Below are positions 1-9,924 of a DNA stretch of 43,669 bases, piece after piece (within the stretch, counting starts at the first letter, position 1; each line of letters starts with the position of its first letter). The translations under genes were made by a program, and so were the position numbers. Source of the stretch: a virus (taxonomy: Duplodnaviria > Caudoviricetes). The notes beneath the pieces were generated by a model. The model was given only the letters and a program-made list of their open reading frames with translations, did not search any database and was not told the origin of the DNA. The stretch covers positions 1-43,669 of IMG/VR virus record IMGVR_UViG_3300037483_000168; one strand, written 5' to 3'.

Positions 1-58
1 CAGAAAAAAAGGGCTACGCAATGTTTGAAACTAAATTTTTAGGTGAAGAACCGCAATT

Positions 59-517
59 ATGAGAGCAAAAACGCAGGAGGAGAAGGAATTGGCCGGAACT
101 TTTGAACCGAGCAAGGAGGGGCTTGAACCGGTTGATTATGATGCTTTTGAGCGAATACCTACGCCTCCTGGAGACTGGCCTCCGAACATTCAAAAGATCT
201 GGATGGACCGGTGTAATGATCTGAAAAAGGCGGGGTACTTGATGAAAGCGTTTATTCCGCCGTTGCGAAGGTATTGTTTTGCAATCCTACAGGCGGAAAA
301 AGCCGAACAGATGCTTTTGAGTGACGGCTTCATTGGACATGAAATCGGGACTAAGGGCCAGGTTTACGAGATACCATCGAAGTGGATCCAGGTTCTTGAT
401 AATGCGAATAAGACCATAGACCGTTTCGGCGCGAAGTTCGGGTTTACACCTTTGGACGTTCAAAAGATACCGATTGTAAGGAAGGAAGCGGACAAAGGAA
501 TGAGCCTTTTGAAATGA
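59..517 (+). CDS. terS: Terminase small subunit (P27-like)
   Basis: Sits upstream of TerL; has the P27-type pattern (TPP..W, YCFA, central ...IPSKW..V, C-terminal KFGFTP). Confidence 0.85.
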   Translation: MRAKTQEEKELAGTFEPSKEGLEPVDYDAFERIPTPPGDWPPNIQKIWMDRCNDLKKAGYLMKAFIPPLRRYCFAILQAEKAEQMLLSDGFIGHEIGTKGQVYEIPSKWIQVLDNANKTIDRFGAKFGFTPLDVQKIPIVRKEADKGMSLLK

Positions 518-544
518 TTTTGCCAAATAAAATGATAGTCAGCC

Positions 545-730
545 ATGGGGAGAACACCACCAAAACCAAATTTAATTTTGCAAACCATTAATAAACCCAT
601 TCCTCCGGAGCCTCCATTGGATCGACATTACACATCTGGCGATGGCTGTTTTTGGATGGCAGCATTCGGACTGTTTGTGATGGCGGTCACCGGAGTTTTT
701 GCAACATTGATTATTTTTAAAGTAGGATGA
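545..730 (+). CDS. Small Pro-rich protein with a C-terminal transmembrane segment
   Basis: Hydrophobic stretch FWMAAFGLFVMAVTGVFATLIIF; ATGA overlap with terL. Confidence 0.55.
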   Translation: MGRTPPKPNLILQTINKPIPPEPPLDRHYTSGDGCFWMAAFGLFVMAVTGVFATLIIFKVG

Positions 731-2325
731 CCCCGCTCGAACGCTTTGAAAAACTTAAGACCAAATATTACTACGATGAAGCTGCGGCCGAGGAGAAGAT
801 AAAATTTATTGAGACTCACTGTAGGCATGTGGAGGGGGATTTATACGGTCAGTTGCTGATACTCCCAGACACTTTTAAGGATGAAATTATCCGGCCGATC
901 TTTGGGTTAAAGAAGAAAAAAGGAGGCAAACGGTTAATCCGATATGTTTACATCCAGACCCCAAAAAAGAACGCAAAAACACTGATGATGGCAGCAGTTG
1001 AAGCTATTTTGTTATTCAACGACGGGGAACCATCCGCGCAGATTTACAACTGTGCTGGGGATGATGAGCAGGCCGGCCTCTTATTCTCGGCAGTAAAAAA
1101 AATGGTCGAGCTTGACCCGGTTTTACGAAAGGTGTCAAAAACATTTCAAGGCGCGGTAAACTATAAACATTCATTCATCAAGAAGATCACGAGTAAATCA
1201 GACACCAAGCACGGGTTTAATTCCCATGGTGTAATTTACGACGAACTCCACGTTGCAAAGAACGGTGACCTACATGAAAACCTTCAGACCTCCATGGCAC
1301 AGCGGTCTAACCCAATGATGCTTTCAATCAGCACACCAGGCACGGACAAGATATCCATTTGCTACAACCGTTACGACACAGCGAAAAGAATTCTATCAGG
1401 AGTTATTGAGGATGATTCATTTTGGACGGTAATTTATGAGAGTGACCCGGCCGACGATATTTATGCAGAGCAAACTTGGCGCGTTTCAAATCCACTATAC
1501 GATTATTCCGAAAACTTACGGGATACAATAGCTATTGAAGCCAACCGTGTAAAGAATGATCCATCCCTGGAGAATACGTTCCGTCGTTTAAGGTTGGGCC
1601 AATGGACGCAATCCGAAACTCGCTGGATCCCGCTGGAGAACTGGACCTCACTAACCGGTTCGGTGAAGGCTGCCGAGTACGACAGTGAAATCGTTTGGCT
1701 TGGGCTGGACCTTTCATCTACCTCCGACTTAACGTCGCTGTGCCGCCTTTACGATGACGGCGACGCTATCGTGCCTTTCTGGGATCTCTGGATTCCAGAA
1801 GCCGCAGCAGAATATTATCAGAAGCAATTCAACGTACCGTACTCTCAGTGGGAGAAGCAAGGGCACATTAACATAGTGCCGGGTAACACGATTGACTTTT
1901 CATGGGTGGAAGACAAAATTCTGGAGATCAACGAAAAGAACAGCATCCGCCGGGTGGGATATGACGAATGGAACTCCCGGGATCTGGCGACGCGCTTGCA
2001 GGAGAAGCATGGGATAGAGGTTATCATTAACCCGCAGGGGTATCGGCTGAGCAATGCTTTGAAGAAAATAAAGGAGCGGATTATGTCATGCGGGGTAATT
2101 CATTCCGGTAACCCGGTGGTTAATTGGGCTTTTGATAATATCTTAGTGAAGGAAAACGACGAGGCAAATATCAAGATCGTGAAGCCAAAGAGCACGGGCG
2201 GAGGTAGTGAACGGAGAGAAAAGAAGATAGACCCATGGATCAGTTTTGCGATGGCGGTTAATGAGTGGATGATCGATATCCCGAGAAAGAGCGTCTATAG
2301 TGAGCGCGGAGTTATAACATTATGA
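727..2325 (+). CDS. terL: Terminase large subunit (Terminase_1, cos/HK97-like)
   Basis: Walker A-like PKKNAKT, Walker B IYDELH, ISTPG, nuclease motifs LGLDLSSTSDLT and KKIDP. Confidence 0.97.
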   Translation: MTPLERFEKLKTKYYYDEAAAEEKIKFIETHCRHVEGDLYGQLLILPDTFKDEIIRPIFGLKKKKGGKRLIRYVYIQTPKKNAKTLMMAAVEAILLFNDGEPSAQIYNCAGDDEQAGLLFSAVKKMVELDPVLRKVSKTFQGAVNYKHSFIKKITSKSDTKHGFNSHGVIYDELHVAKNGDLHENLQTSMAQRSNPMMLSISTPGTDKISICYNRYDTAKRILSGVIEDDSFWTVIYESDPADDIYAEQTWRVSNPLYDYSENLRDTIAIEANRVKNDPSLENTFRRLRLGQWTQSETRWIPLENWTSLTGSVKAAEYDSEIVWLGLDLSSTSDLTSLCRLYDDGDAIVPFWDLWIPEAAAEYYQKQFNVPYSQWEKQGHINIVPGNTIDFSWVEDKILEINEKNSIRRVGYDEWNSRDLATRLQEKHGIEVIINPQGYRLSNALKKIKERIMSCGVIHSGNPVVNWAFDNILVKENDEANIKIVKPKSTGGGSERREKKIDPWISFAMAVNEWMIDIPRKSVYSERGVITL

Positions 2326-2597
2326 AGTTAGAATTATTCCAGGACGGAAAGCTTGTCGTAAGCATTGAGCCGGTGGGCGATGTTGTTTCGGGGGACTTCA
2401 CAATCTTACCGAAGAGCATTCTAACCGGCGGATCACTGTCTTCAAAAACTTTCGAGGAATTATTTTTCAAGTGCATCAAAGAGACAAGTACATATATAGA
2501 GGCGTATGAAAAAGCTGAGGGCATCCATGAACAGTACTTTGAGCGCCGCCGGTATTCGTGTTACGAAAGTTTTTCACGTGCTAAAAAATTAAAATGA
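2322..2597 (+). CDS. Hypothetical protein downstream of terL
   Basis: ATGA-coupled to terL; helical C-terminal half. Confidence 0.6.
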   Translation: MKLELFQDGKLVVSIEPVGDVVSGDFTILPKSILTGGSLSSKTFEELFFKCIKETSTYIEAYEKAEGIHEQYFERRRYSCYESFSRAKKLK

Positions 2598-2755
2598 ATA
2601 GAAAATTATTCCTATTGACCATGCTCGGTTCAATAACCGGAAGCAGGTTAAAGCTAAAAGCCAAAGAAAATATAGTTAAGGATAAAGCAATCCTTAACGG
2701 CACGGTCACCATCAAAGGGAAAGATATTATGATGGTCTTAAAGGGATTCAAATGA
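2594..2755 (+). CDS. Small hypothetical protein (53 aa, MNRKLFLLTML...), not in ORF track
   Basis: Fills the gap exactly, with ATGA overlaps at both ends. Confidence 0.55.
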   Translation: MNRKLFLLTMLGSITGSRLKLKAKENIVKDKAILNGTVTIKGKDIMMVLKGFK

Positions 2756-3288
2756 TCCATATCAAAACTCCATTCGCGCTCGATAAGAATTTAGGCAAGG
2801 CTTACAACGATGCTTTCAAAGATGTTCCGGAAGATGATTGGGTGTGCCTGATTGATTACGATGTAATGTTTTTGACTCCTAATTCGATCAGGATAATGTA
2901 CGATTACGTTGATAAGTTTCCTGATGCTGGACTTTTTACCTGCCTTACAAATCGTATTCATCCACTGGCAATGGAGCAACTTTACTTCGGTGCTCCGAGC
3001 GAGAATGCGGATATTAGATATTGGCAACGCAATGCAACAGCGCAGGAGATCAACACCGAAACTAAAGTAACAGAAATTCACCGTGAGGTTTCCGGGTTTC
3101 TGATGCTGATCAGTAAAAAAGTTTGGTCGCAGATAAAATTCTGGGAAGCAAAAAAATGTCTTGGCATCGACACCGACTTCACTCAGCGCGTGATTGCGTC
3201 AGGGAGAAAAATTTACAGGATGGACAGACTTATCGTGTGGCACAGCTATCGACTGAATGATATTAAGGATAAAACGCATTTACTTTGA
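2752..3288 (+). CDS. Glycosyltransferase, GT-A/GT2-like
   Basis: NLGKAYN...DDWVCLIDYDVMF (DxD), SGFLMLI, GIDTDF, VWH. Confidence 0.8.
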   Translation: MIHIKTPFALDKNLGKAYNDAFKDVPEDDWVCLIDYDVMFLTPNSIRIMYDYVDKFPDAGLFTCLTNRIHPLAMEQLYFGAPSENADIRYWQRNATAQEINTETKVTEIHREVSGFLMLISKKVWSQIKFWEAKKCLGIDTDFTQRVIASGRKIYRMDRLIVWHSYRLNDIKDKTHLL

Positions 3289-3974
3289 CAGTATACACGG
3301 CGATCTTTGGTGATTACGATGAACTCAAAGAGCCATTCATTGTTACCCCAGGCTGGTCGTATGTATGCTACACCGACCAGGATTTTGTTAGTGATGTATG
3401 GGAGATCAGAAAGGTTCCTGTGATGGGATTCGGCGCACAGAAAACAGCGCGGTATCACAAGATAATGGCGCACAAAGTAATCGACGACGATTTTACAATT
3501 TGGGTAGATGGCACCATGTTCATAAACTGTGATTTGAATGAGTGGTGGGAAAGATTTCAGCCTCCGTTTACAACGGTCTTCCATCCGTTCGACGACTGCA
3601 TTTATAAAGATGCGCGGAGCTGTTTAGAGGGCGGCAAAGGAGATCCGAAATCTATTGAGCGGCAAGTAGAGCTTTACCGACACCTGGGGATAAAGAAAAA
3701 TTCCGGGTTGATAAGCTCCGGCATCCTCATGCGTGAAAGGACAATGGCGGTGAAAAGAATTTGTACAACTTGGTGGCAGCAGGTCGAAGCGTGGAGTTCA
3801 AGGGATCAGATTGCCTTCGGATACGCGCAACATAAGCACCCTGGTGTACATCATTCGATAAAATGGGACTACACTAAAGAGACGGAGTTCATCCACATAC
3901 CACACAAAACTAAACTGTGGAGAGACGCACGTATGAGACAAATCACTGAACAATATGGAGCTAACCGCAAGTAA
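3285..3974 (+). CDS. DUF616/TOD1-MUCI70-like glycosyltransferase
   Basis: VYTAIFGDYDEL, CYTD, ARYHKI, IWVDG, HP.DDCIY, SRDQIAF. Confidence 0.8.
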   Translation: MTVYTAIFGDYDELKEPFIVTPGWSYVCYTDQDFVSDVWEIRKVPVMGFGAQKTARYHKIMAHKVIDDDFTIWVDGTMFINCDLNEWWERFQPPFTTVFHPFDDCIYKDARSCLEGGKGDPKSIERQVELYRHLGIKKNSGLISSGILMRERTMAVKRICTTWWQQVEAWSSRDQIAFGYAQHKHPGVHHSIKWDYTKETEFIHIPHKTKLWRDARMRQITEQYGANRK

Positions 3975-4659
3975 AAACGAACTTACCGGGCGATGGACGC
4001 TTGAAGGCGTGAAACCAAGCGCAGAAACTTTTGACGCGATCTGCGACATGCTAAAGCAGAAATTCAATTTTAAATTAGCCCGTTACGGTGACGGTGAAAT
4101 GAATTGCATGTTCGGTAAGAAAGGAAGGAACTGCGATGGTCACGAATATTTTAGTGATCTCGGGCTGGCGTTATGGAATGTGATCACCAGTCACCCTACA
4201 TACATGGTAGGAATTCAGCCGCTCGCGTACTCGATCAATCCAGAGTTTTTTAATAACAACTTTTCGCACCTGAACGTTTACGATGCCGATGTTTTACACT
4301 CAGCGAGTATCGACGGTAAGATGGATCGGTTTTTCGAGGCGCTTGAAGATAGATCGATATTGGTAGTCGGCCCGTGGCATCTTAACCAATTGGCATTCGT
4401 AAGGCCACAAGCTTTTTTAGGCACAAGACACATTCCCGTTCCGGATATAAATTGCTGGGAGAAGCGCTACCAAATTGTGGATGAGATCGAAAATTCATTA
4501 AAAGAAAACGATGTCGTACTTTTGTGCGCGTCGATGATGTCTGAGGTTCTTATTGATCGTTTCAGAAACCACAACAGCACATGGATAGACTGTGGGTCGG
4601 TGTTTGATCCTTATTGTAACGTAAAATCAAGATCGTATCATCATAAATTAAAGCTATGA
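3955..4659 (+). CDS. GT-D fold (DUF1792-like) glycosyltransferase
   Basis: LARYGDGE N-terminal motif and WIDCGSVFD C-terminal motif. Confidence 0.75.
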   Translation: MELTASKNELTGRWTLEGVKPSAETFDAICDMLKQKFNFKLARYGDGEMNCMFGKKGRNCDGHEYFSDLGLALWNVITSHPTYMVGIQPLAYSINPEFFNNNFSHLNVYDADVLHSASIDGKMDRFFEALEDRSILVVGPWHLNQLAFVRPQAFLGTRHIPVPDINCWEKRYQIVDEIENSLKENDVVLLCASMMSEVLIDRFRNHNSTWIDCGSVFDPYCNVKSRSYHHKLKL

Positions 4660-5249
4660 ATATAAAACAAGCCATCGACGACGCTAACGCGCTGAAGTCG
4701 AAAATAAACGACAAGACAATGAAAAGCCTCATGGGGCTCAGTTCTCCAAAGGTTCGGCACCTGCTGAATAACCTGGCGGCACAGTCTGATACTTACCTGG
4801 AAATAGGGTCCTACCTGGGCGGAACATTAAAGGCAGCTCTTTGTAAGAATAAGCACCTTTACTCAGTGGCGATAGATAACTTTTCGTTGATGCCGAACAA
4901 AAGGCAGATGTTTTTTGACAACACGCGTAATCTGAATTTTAACTTCTTTGAAGAGGACTGCTTTTCAATGGACATAACGAAGATCAAAAAAGAAATTGAT
5001 CTTTACTTTTATGATGGTGAGCATTCTTTTGAATCTCAGTACAAAGCGCTGGAATATTTCTATCCGATTTTAAAGGATGAATTCGTGTATGTGTGTGACG
5101 ACTGGGCAATGAAAAGAATTCCTAACGCAACGTTCACAGCGGCTAAGGCTTTGGGATTGAAGGTGGTAGAGAATTACAATCTACTCAACGAGTCGGAAGC
5201 GAATAAAGATTGGTGGAACGGAATCGGGTGCATCAGATTTAAGAAGTAA
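4656..5249 (+). CDS. Class I SAM-dependent methyltransferase (Methyltransf_24-like)
   Basis: YLEIGSYLGGT, IDLYFYDGEH, VCDDW, WWNG. Confidence 0.85.
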   Translation: MNIKQAIDDANALKSKINDKTMKSLMGLSSPKVRHLLNNLAAQSDTYLEIGSYLGGTLKAALCKNKHLYSVAIDNFSLMPNKRQMFFDNTRNLNFNFFEEDCFSMDITKIKKEIDLYFYDGEHSFESQYKALEYFYPILKDEFVYVCDDWAMKRIPNATFTAAKALGLKVVENYNLLNESEANKDWWNGIGCIRFKK

Positions 5250-5899
5250 TGAAAAATCGCACAGACTTACTCAATCATCTGGCTGAAAAGTATCACCTAA
5301 AAAGATACCTCGAAATTGGTTTACAAAACGCAGCGCAGAACTTTGATAAAATAATCTGTGAGTATAAAGTCAGTGTTGATCCTGATCCAAAAGCGTGCGC
5401 AACTTTTAAAGCAACGAGTGACCAATTTTTTTCTATTATCTTGGATGATGATGGGAATGCCATTTATGATTTTGGATATTCATCAATTTTCAGGACTGGT
5501 AAAAACTCAATAAAAACTGATTTTGATCTTGTCTTCTTGGACGGACTTCACACCGCCGAGCAAGTCAGGAAAGATTTTGAAAACGCGCTGAAAGTTTTAT
5601 CGCCTAACGGTTTTATAGTTTTGCATGACTGCAATCCAGAGAAAGAGGAACATACGATAGTGCCACGACCTACCGTAACAGGTCATTGGAACGGAGACTG
5701 CTATAAATTCATAGTTGACGAACTGCATTTATATTACAAAAAGTATTGTACCGTCGATATTGATAATGGCTGTGGCGTGTGGATGAACTCAGGGGCAGAT
5801 ATTTTGAAGGATGGCCATTATCCTCCAAACAACTGGATGTCATTCAACGCAAACCGTAAAGATCTTCTCAATCTAATTTCCTGGGACGAATTTCTATGA
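5249..5899 (+). CDS. Class I SAM-dependent methyltransferase (Methyltransf_24-like)
   Basis: YLEIG, VSVDP, FDLVFLDGLH, GFIVLHDCNP, WNGDC. Confidence 0.85.
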   Translation: MKNRTDLLNHLAEKYHLKRYLEIGLQNAAQNFDKIICEYKVSVDPDPKACATFKATSDQFFSIILDDDGNAIYDFGYSSIFRTGKNSIKTDFDLVFLDGLHTAEQVRKDFENALKVLSPNGFIVLHDCNPEKEEHTIVPRPTVTGHWNGDCYKFIVDELHLYYKKYCTVDIDNGCGVWMNSGADILKDGHYPPNNWMSFNANRKDLLNLISWDEFL

Positions 5900-6513
5900 T
5901 TCCACAAGTAAGCACAGTTGTATTTACATTTAATGGATACTCCCATTTATGGGATGGTTTTTTTAAAGCGTATCAGGAGCATGGATTTATCATAACAGAT
6001 GCCACATACCACCGAAAATATTTCCTTGTAACCGACGAAAAAACAAACTTCACTCCTCCGCTTCCGTGGAAAAAAATATACACCGGCACCGGTGAGTGGT
6101 CGGACAGATTAATAAGAGCAATTGAACAGATCGAGGACGATTTTATTTTGCTGTTACAGGAGGACCACTGGCTAACGAGCATTCCGCCTAATTTATCGCT
6201 TATGATGTCAGTTTTTACGGAAAAGGATTTATTAAGGCTTCAACTTTCAGGAGTTAACCAGTTTTACAGCCTATTCGGCCATCGTTTGCCGCTATTTTTC
6301 CACCACACCAGCAAATACCTGGTCAGTCACCAGCCCTCAATCTGGCGAAAAGACTTCCTTTTATCATGCCTTTTACCCGGGGAAACTCCCTGGGTGAATG
6401 AGTACGAAGGCACAAAAAGACTCCAAAAACGGCCCGAAATTCAGGGTAAAATCGCCATTTACCCATGCGATTGGTATACACATAAGTGTATCAAGGGGCA
6501 AGTTGTTGACTGA
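5896..6513 (+). CDS. Putative glycosyltransferase (GT-A-like)
   Basis: WSDRL..A, FILLLQEDHWL (ExD variant), QPSIWRK, PW.NE..G; resembles polysaccharide-locus GTs. Confidence 0.6.
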   Translation: MIPQVSTVVFTFNGYSHLWDGFFKAYQEHGFIITDATYHRKYFLVTDEKTNFTPPLPWKKIYTGTGEWSDRLIRAIEQIEDDFILLLQEDHWLTSIPPNLSLMMSVFTEKDLLRLQLSGVNQFYSLFGHRLPLFFHHTSKYLVSHQPSIWRKDFLLSCLLPGETPWVNEYEGTKRLQKRPEIQGKIAIYPCDWYTHKCIKGQVVD

Positions 6514-6515
6514 AT

Positions 6516-6530
6516 TTAACATAATGTTAA
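6516..6530. promoter_or_regulatory. Perfect palindrome TTAACAT-A-ATGTTAA upstream of the portal gene
   Basis: 7-bp inverted arms in the short intergenic gap before the head operon. Confidence 0.35.
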
Positions 6531-6577
6531 GGCCAAAGTGCTGAAAACTATCCTTTTTTGGGTAAATCTTCCCAGAA

Positions 6578-7828
6578 TTGGCTAAAAACAACATTGTCCG
6601 GCATGTTTTGAGCTTTTGGTATCCGGAACTTCGGGCCAGCCTGGAAAATCCATCCACTCCACTTTCAGCCATTTTCGACGAAAAAACGACCGCTGCCGGG
6701 ATCACGATCACGGAAACAAAGTCCCTTGCTATCGGCGCTGTGTACGCGTGCGTGAAAGTAATCGCCGAAACCATGGCGCAAATGGACCTGGAGGTCGTGG
6801 AAAAAGTCGGAAAAGGGAGCCGGGCATCCACAAATCACGCGAATTACTGGCTTTTGTACGCTGAGCCTTCGCCAGATTACAACCGGTTCGAGTGGATTCA
6901 GGGAATGCTTGCCTACGCTCTGCTTTGGGGCAACGGATATTCCCGTATTAAGCGGGATCGGTTTGCCACAGCTAAAGAACTGAAGATTTTACCGGCCTGG
7001 GATGTCACGCCGCGGAAAACGGATCGCGGAAAGATCTACTACGAATACACCAGCGAAAACGGCGTTATCGAAATAATTCTACAGGAGGATATGATTCACC
7101 TGAAGAACCTCGGCACGGACGGACTGGTGGGCATGAGCCCTATCGAGCTACAGCGTGAAAGTCTGGGATCTTCCTACGCAAAAATATTGCATGAGGGCGC
7201 ATTCTACCAGAACGGCGCGAAGGCTTCCGGCATTCTCATGACCCCCGGTCACATGGGCAAGGCTGAAGAAAAGAACCTCCGGGAAAGCTTCAATAAGGCC
7301 AACGAGGGCGCAAAAAACAGATTCAAAACAATCCTTCTCGAAGAAGGTGTAAAATATCAGCAGCTCACCATCCCGCAGAACGATGCGCAGTTTTTGGAGT
7401 CGAAGAAATTCGACCAGACAGAAATTGCCGGATGGTACCGCGTTCCCCCGCACATGATAGGAAACCTTACTGATTCCAACTACTCTAATATAGAGTCGCA
7501 GGATCGGGCTTTTGCAAAGCACACCATCGTGCCGTGGACCACGCGATTCCAGCAGGAGATCGATCGTAAACTTTTCTTCGACAATGAGCGCGGGAAGTTC
7601 AGGAGCCAATTCAATCTTGATGATTTGATAAAGGGCGACATTAAAACCAGGTATGAGGTTTACAACTCAGCGATTCAAACCGGCATACTGAAGCCCACAG
7701 AACCACGCGAGGCTGAGGGATGGCCAATGGAAGGCACGGAGGTAATCAATAAGTTCTTTATGAACAGCACTATGTTACCGGTCGATAAGCTAGGCGAGAA
7801 ACCAGAACAACAAAGCGCAGCAGCATGA
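6578..7828 (+). CDS. Portal protein (HK97 family)
   Basis: AVYACVKVIAE, LLWGNGY, MIHLK...GLVGMSPI, AQFLE..KF...EIA..YRVPPH. Confidence 0.96.
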   Translation: MAKNNIVRHVLSFWYPELRASLENPSTPLSAIFDEKTTAAGITITETKSLAIGAVYACVKVIAETMAQMDLEVVEKVGKGSRASTNHANYWLLYAEPSPDYNRFEWIQGMLAYALLWGNGYSRIKRDRFATAKELKILPAWDVTPRKTDRGKIYYEYTSENGVIEIILQEDMIHLKNLGTDGLVGMSPIELQRESLGSSYAKILHEGAFYQNGAKASGILMTPGHMGKAEEKNLRESFNKANEGAKNRFKTILLEEGVKYQQLTIPQNDAQFLESKKFDQTEIAGWYRVPPHMIGNLTDSNYSNIESQDRAFAKHTIVPWTTRFQQEIDRKLFFDNERGKFRSQFNLDDLIKGDIKTRYEVYNSAIQTGILKPTEPREAEGWPMEGTEVINKFFMNSTMLPVDKLGEKPEQQSAAA

Positions 7829-8544
7829 AAAAATTTACGTTCGGAAATATACGGGAGTTCGATAAGGCTGAGGTGCTCGACACGCGCACCGTTGAATTTA
7901 TAATTTCGTCAGCGGCTAAAGATCGTTACGACTCTATTGTAAATATGGAAGGATGGCAACTGGACAACTTTAATAAAAATCCTATTGTCGGATACCAGCA
8001 TAATGTTTACGGAGGGAACATGTGTACTCCTGATGACCCGGACGACGTTATCGGAACTGGCCGCGCATTTCTGGAAGGCGCGGGAGCTGAACGCAGATTA
8101 ATAGGGTCTGTAAAATTTGAGTCTGGCGACATAAATCCAAAAGCCGAAAAGATTTTCAAAAAAGTATTAGCCGGAACGCTGCGTGCCACGTCGGTAGGTT
8201 TTTTAGAGATCGGAGACGGTGAGTGGGTTCGCAAAACTGACGACAAAGGAAATGTGATTGATAAAACATATTTCTTCAAAGGTCAGGAGCTTCTCGAGTT
8301 CTCGATTGTGAATATCCCCGCAAATCCGGAAGCAGTTGGGCGATCTCTCGAAGTGCAACAAGATTGGGCGATGCAATTTATTCAGCGGTTCATGCCGGAA
8401 ACAATGAGCATGGCAGACATTAAGCAGATGAAAGTTCAGGATGTGCTCGATCTTGTCAACGGCAAAATCAAGGAACAAGGAAAAGATAAATCTCTGTTTT
8501 CAAAGAGACTTCAATTAATAAACAGCAAACTAAAATACACTTAA
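7825..8544 (+). CDS. Prohead maturation protease (HK97 type)
   Basis: DRYDSIV, NPIVGYQH, TSVGF, ELLEFSIVNIPANPEA. Confidence 0.92.
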   Translation: MKKFTFGNIREFDKAEVLDTRTVEFIISSAAKDRYDSIVNMEGWQLDNFNKNPIVGYQHNVYGGNMCTPDDPDDVIGTGRAFLEGAGAERRLIGSVKFESGDINPKAEKIFKKVLAGTLRATSVGFLEIGDGEWVRKTDDKGNVIDKTYFFKGQELLEFSIVNIPANPEAVGRSLEVQQDWAMQFIQRFMPETMSMADIKQMKVQDVLDLVNGKIKEQGKDKSLFSKRLQLINSKLKYT

Positions 8545-8547
8545 GAC

Positions 8548-9870
8548 ATGGCAATCAAGGCAAAGGAATTGCGCAATAAAGCAAAGCAAAATCAAAAGAG
8601 GATGTCTGAAATCCTCGAAGGCTCAGCGGAAAAAATGACCGCAGAACAGGAGAAAGAATTCGACGACCTGGATAAGGACGCTGAAACCTGGCTTCGTCAG
8701 GCTGACAAAATTGAGGCAATGGAGAAACGCGAGATTGCCGACGAGCCAGGTGAAGAAATTCCATCAGGAGCAAAGACCAAAAGCGTCAACGATCTGAAGC
8801 CTGAAGAACGCGTCAAGGCGGAAGATCTGGCCATGCGCTCTTACCTGAAGTCCGGCAGCGTGCCGCAGGAACTGCGTGCCCTTATGCCATCGGCGCAAGC
8901 TGAGAAGGATGATAATGACATGATCACGAAGGCCCTCAAAGAAATGGGCATCGAAACCCGGGCAACTCAGACCACAACGACTACTGGAGGCGGTTACACT
9001 ATCCCTCGCGGGTTTCAGGCGGAGCTAGAAAAAGCTATCCTTGCCTATGGTGGAATGTGGGAAGTATCCCGGATTCTGAAAACCAAAATGGGTAACGTGA
9101 TGGACTGGCCGAACGTTAACGACACCGCTAACAAAGCGTATTTGCTTGGCGAGTCCGTTTCTGCCGCTACTTCTGCGCAGGCCGTGGTCCTCGGAACGCA
9201 AGCATTCGAGGCGTATAAATATACCTCTGGTCTGATTCAGGTGCCTACCGAGTTGCTTGAAGATTCAGAATTCGATATTCCTTCACTTATGGTTGAACTT
9301 CTGTCCGAAAGGATTTGGAGAGGAACAAACGAAGCATTCACAACCGCAGACGGTTCGAGCAAGCCGCATGGTATTATCGCCGCTGGCAACTCAGTGTACG
9401 GCGCTTCGTCTGCGAATGACACTGTGCTGGGTTATGACGACTTTGTTAACCTGGAGCACTCCGTTGATCCTGGTTACCGGAACCGTCCCGGCACGCGCTG
9501 GATGTTCCATGATAGTATCCTGAGAGAAGCGAAGAAGATCAAGGATTCGCAAAATCTTCCTGTATGGTCACCTGGCCTGATGGCCCTGGGCGCTCCTTCG
9601 ACGCTGTTCGGATACAAGTATACGATCAACCAGGATATGCCGATTTTCTTTGCCGGTAACGGCACAGACAACGACAATGATAAGGCTGTGGTTTTTGGTG
9701 ATCTAAAAAAATACATCATCCGCCAGGTTCGTAACATGCGTATCGTGCGCCTGAACGAACGGTATGGGGAACTGGATCAGACGGCTTTCGTGGTGTTCTT
9801 CCGTGTCGATGGCGATCTGCTTGATGCTGGAACAAACCCAGTGAAGCACCTGAGGATCTCAGCTTCTTAA
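8548..9870 (+). CDS. Major capsid protein (HK97 fold with N-terminal delta/scaffold domain)
   Basis: Coiled-coil N-terminus, GGYTIP, ELLEDS, DGSSKPHGI, TLFGY, FGDL..Y.I, RVDG. Confidence 0.96.
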   Translation: MAIKAKELRNKAKQNQKRMSEILEGSAEKMTAEQEKEFDDLDKDAETWLRQADKIEAMEKREIADEPGEEIPSGAKTKSVNDLKPEERVKAEDLAMRSYLKSGSVPQELRALMPSAQAEKDDNDMITKALKEMGIETRATQTTTTTGGGYTIPRGFQAELEKAILAYGGMWEVSRILKTKMGNVMDWPNVNDTANKAYLLGESVSAATSAQAVVLGTQAFEAYKYTSGLIQVPTELLEDSEFDIPSLMVELLSERIWRGTNEAFTTADGSSKPHGIIAAGNSVYGASSANDTVLGYDDFVNLEHSVDPGYRNRPGTRWMFHDSILREAKKIKDSQNLPVWSPGLMALGAPSTLFGYKYTINQDMPIFFAGNGTDNDNDKAVVFGDLKKYIIRQVRNMRIVRLNERYGELDQTAFVVFFRVDGDLLDAGTNPVKHLRISAS

Positions 9871-9924
9871 TCATGGTTAAGATAGTAGAGCCAGAAAAAC
9901 CGAAACAGCGGAAAGTTCATACTC

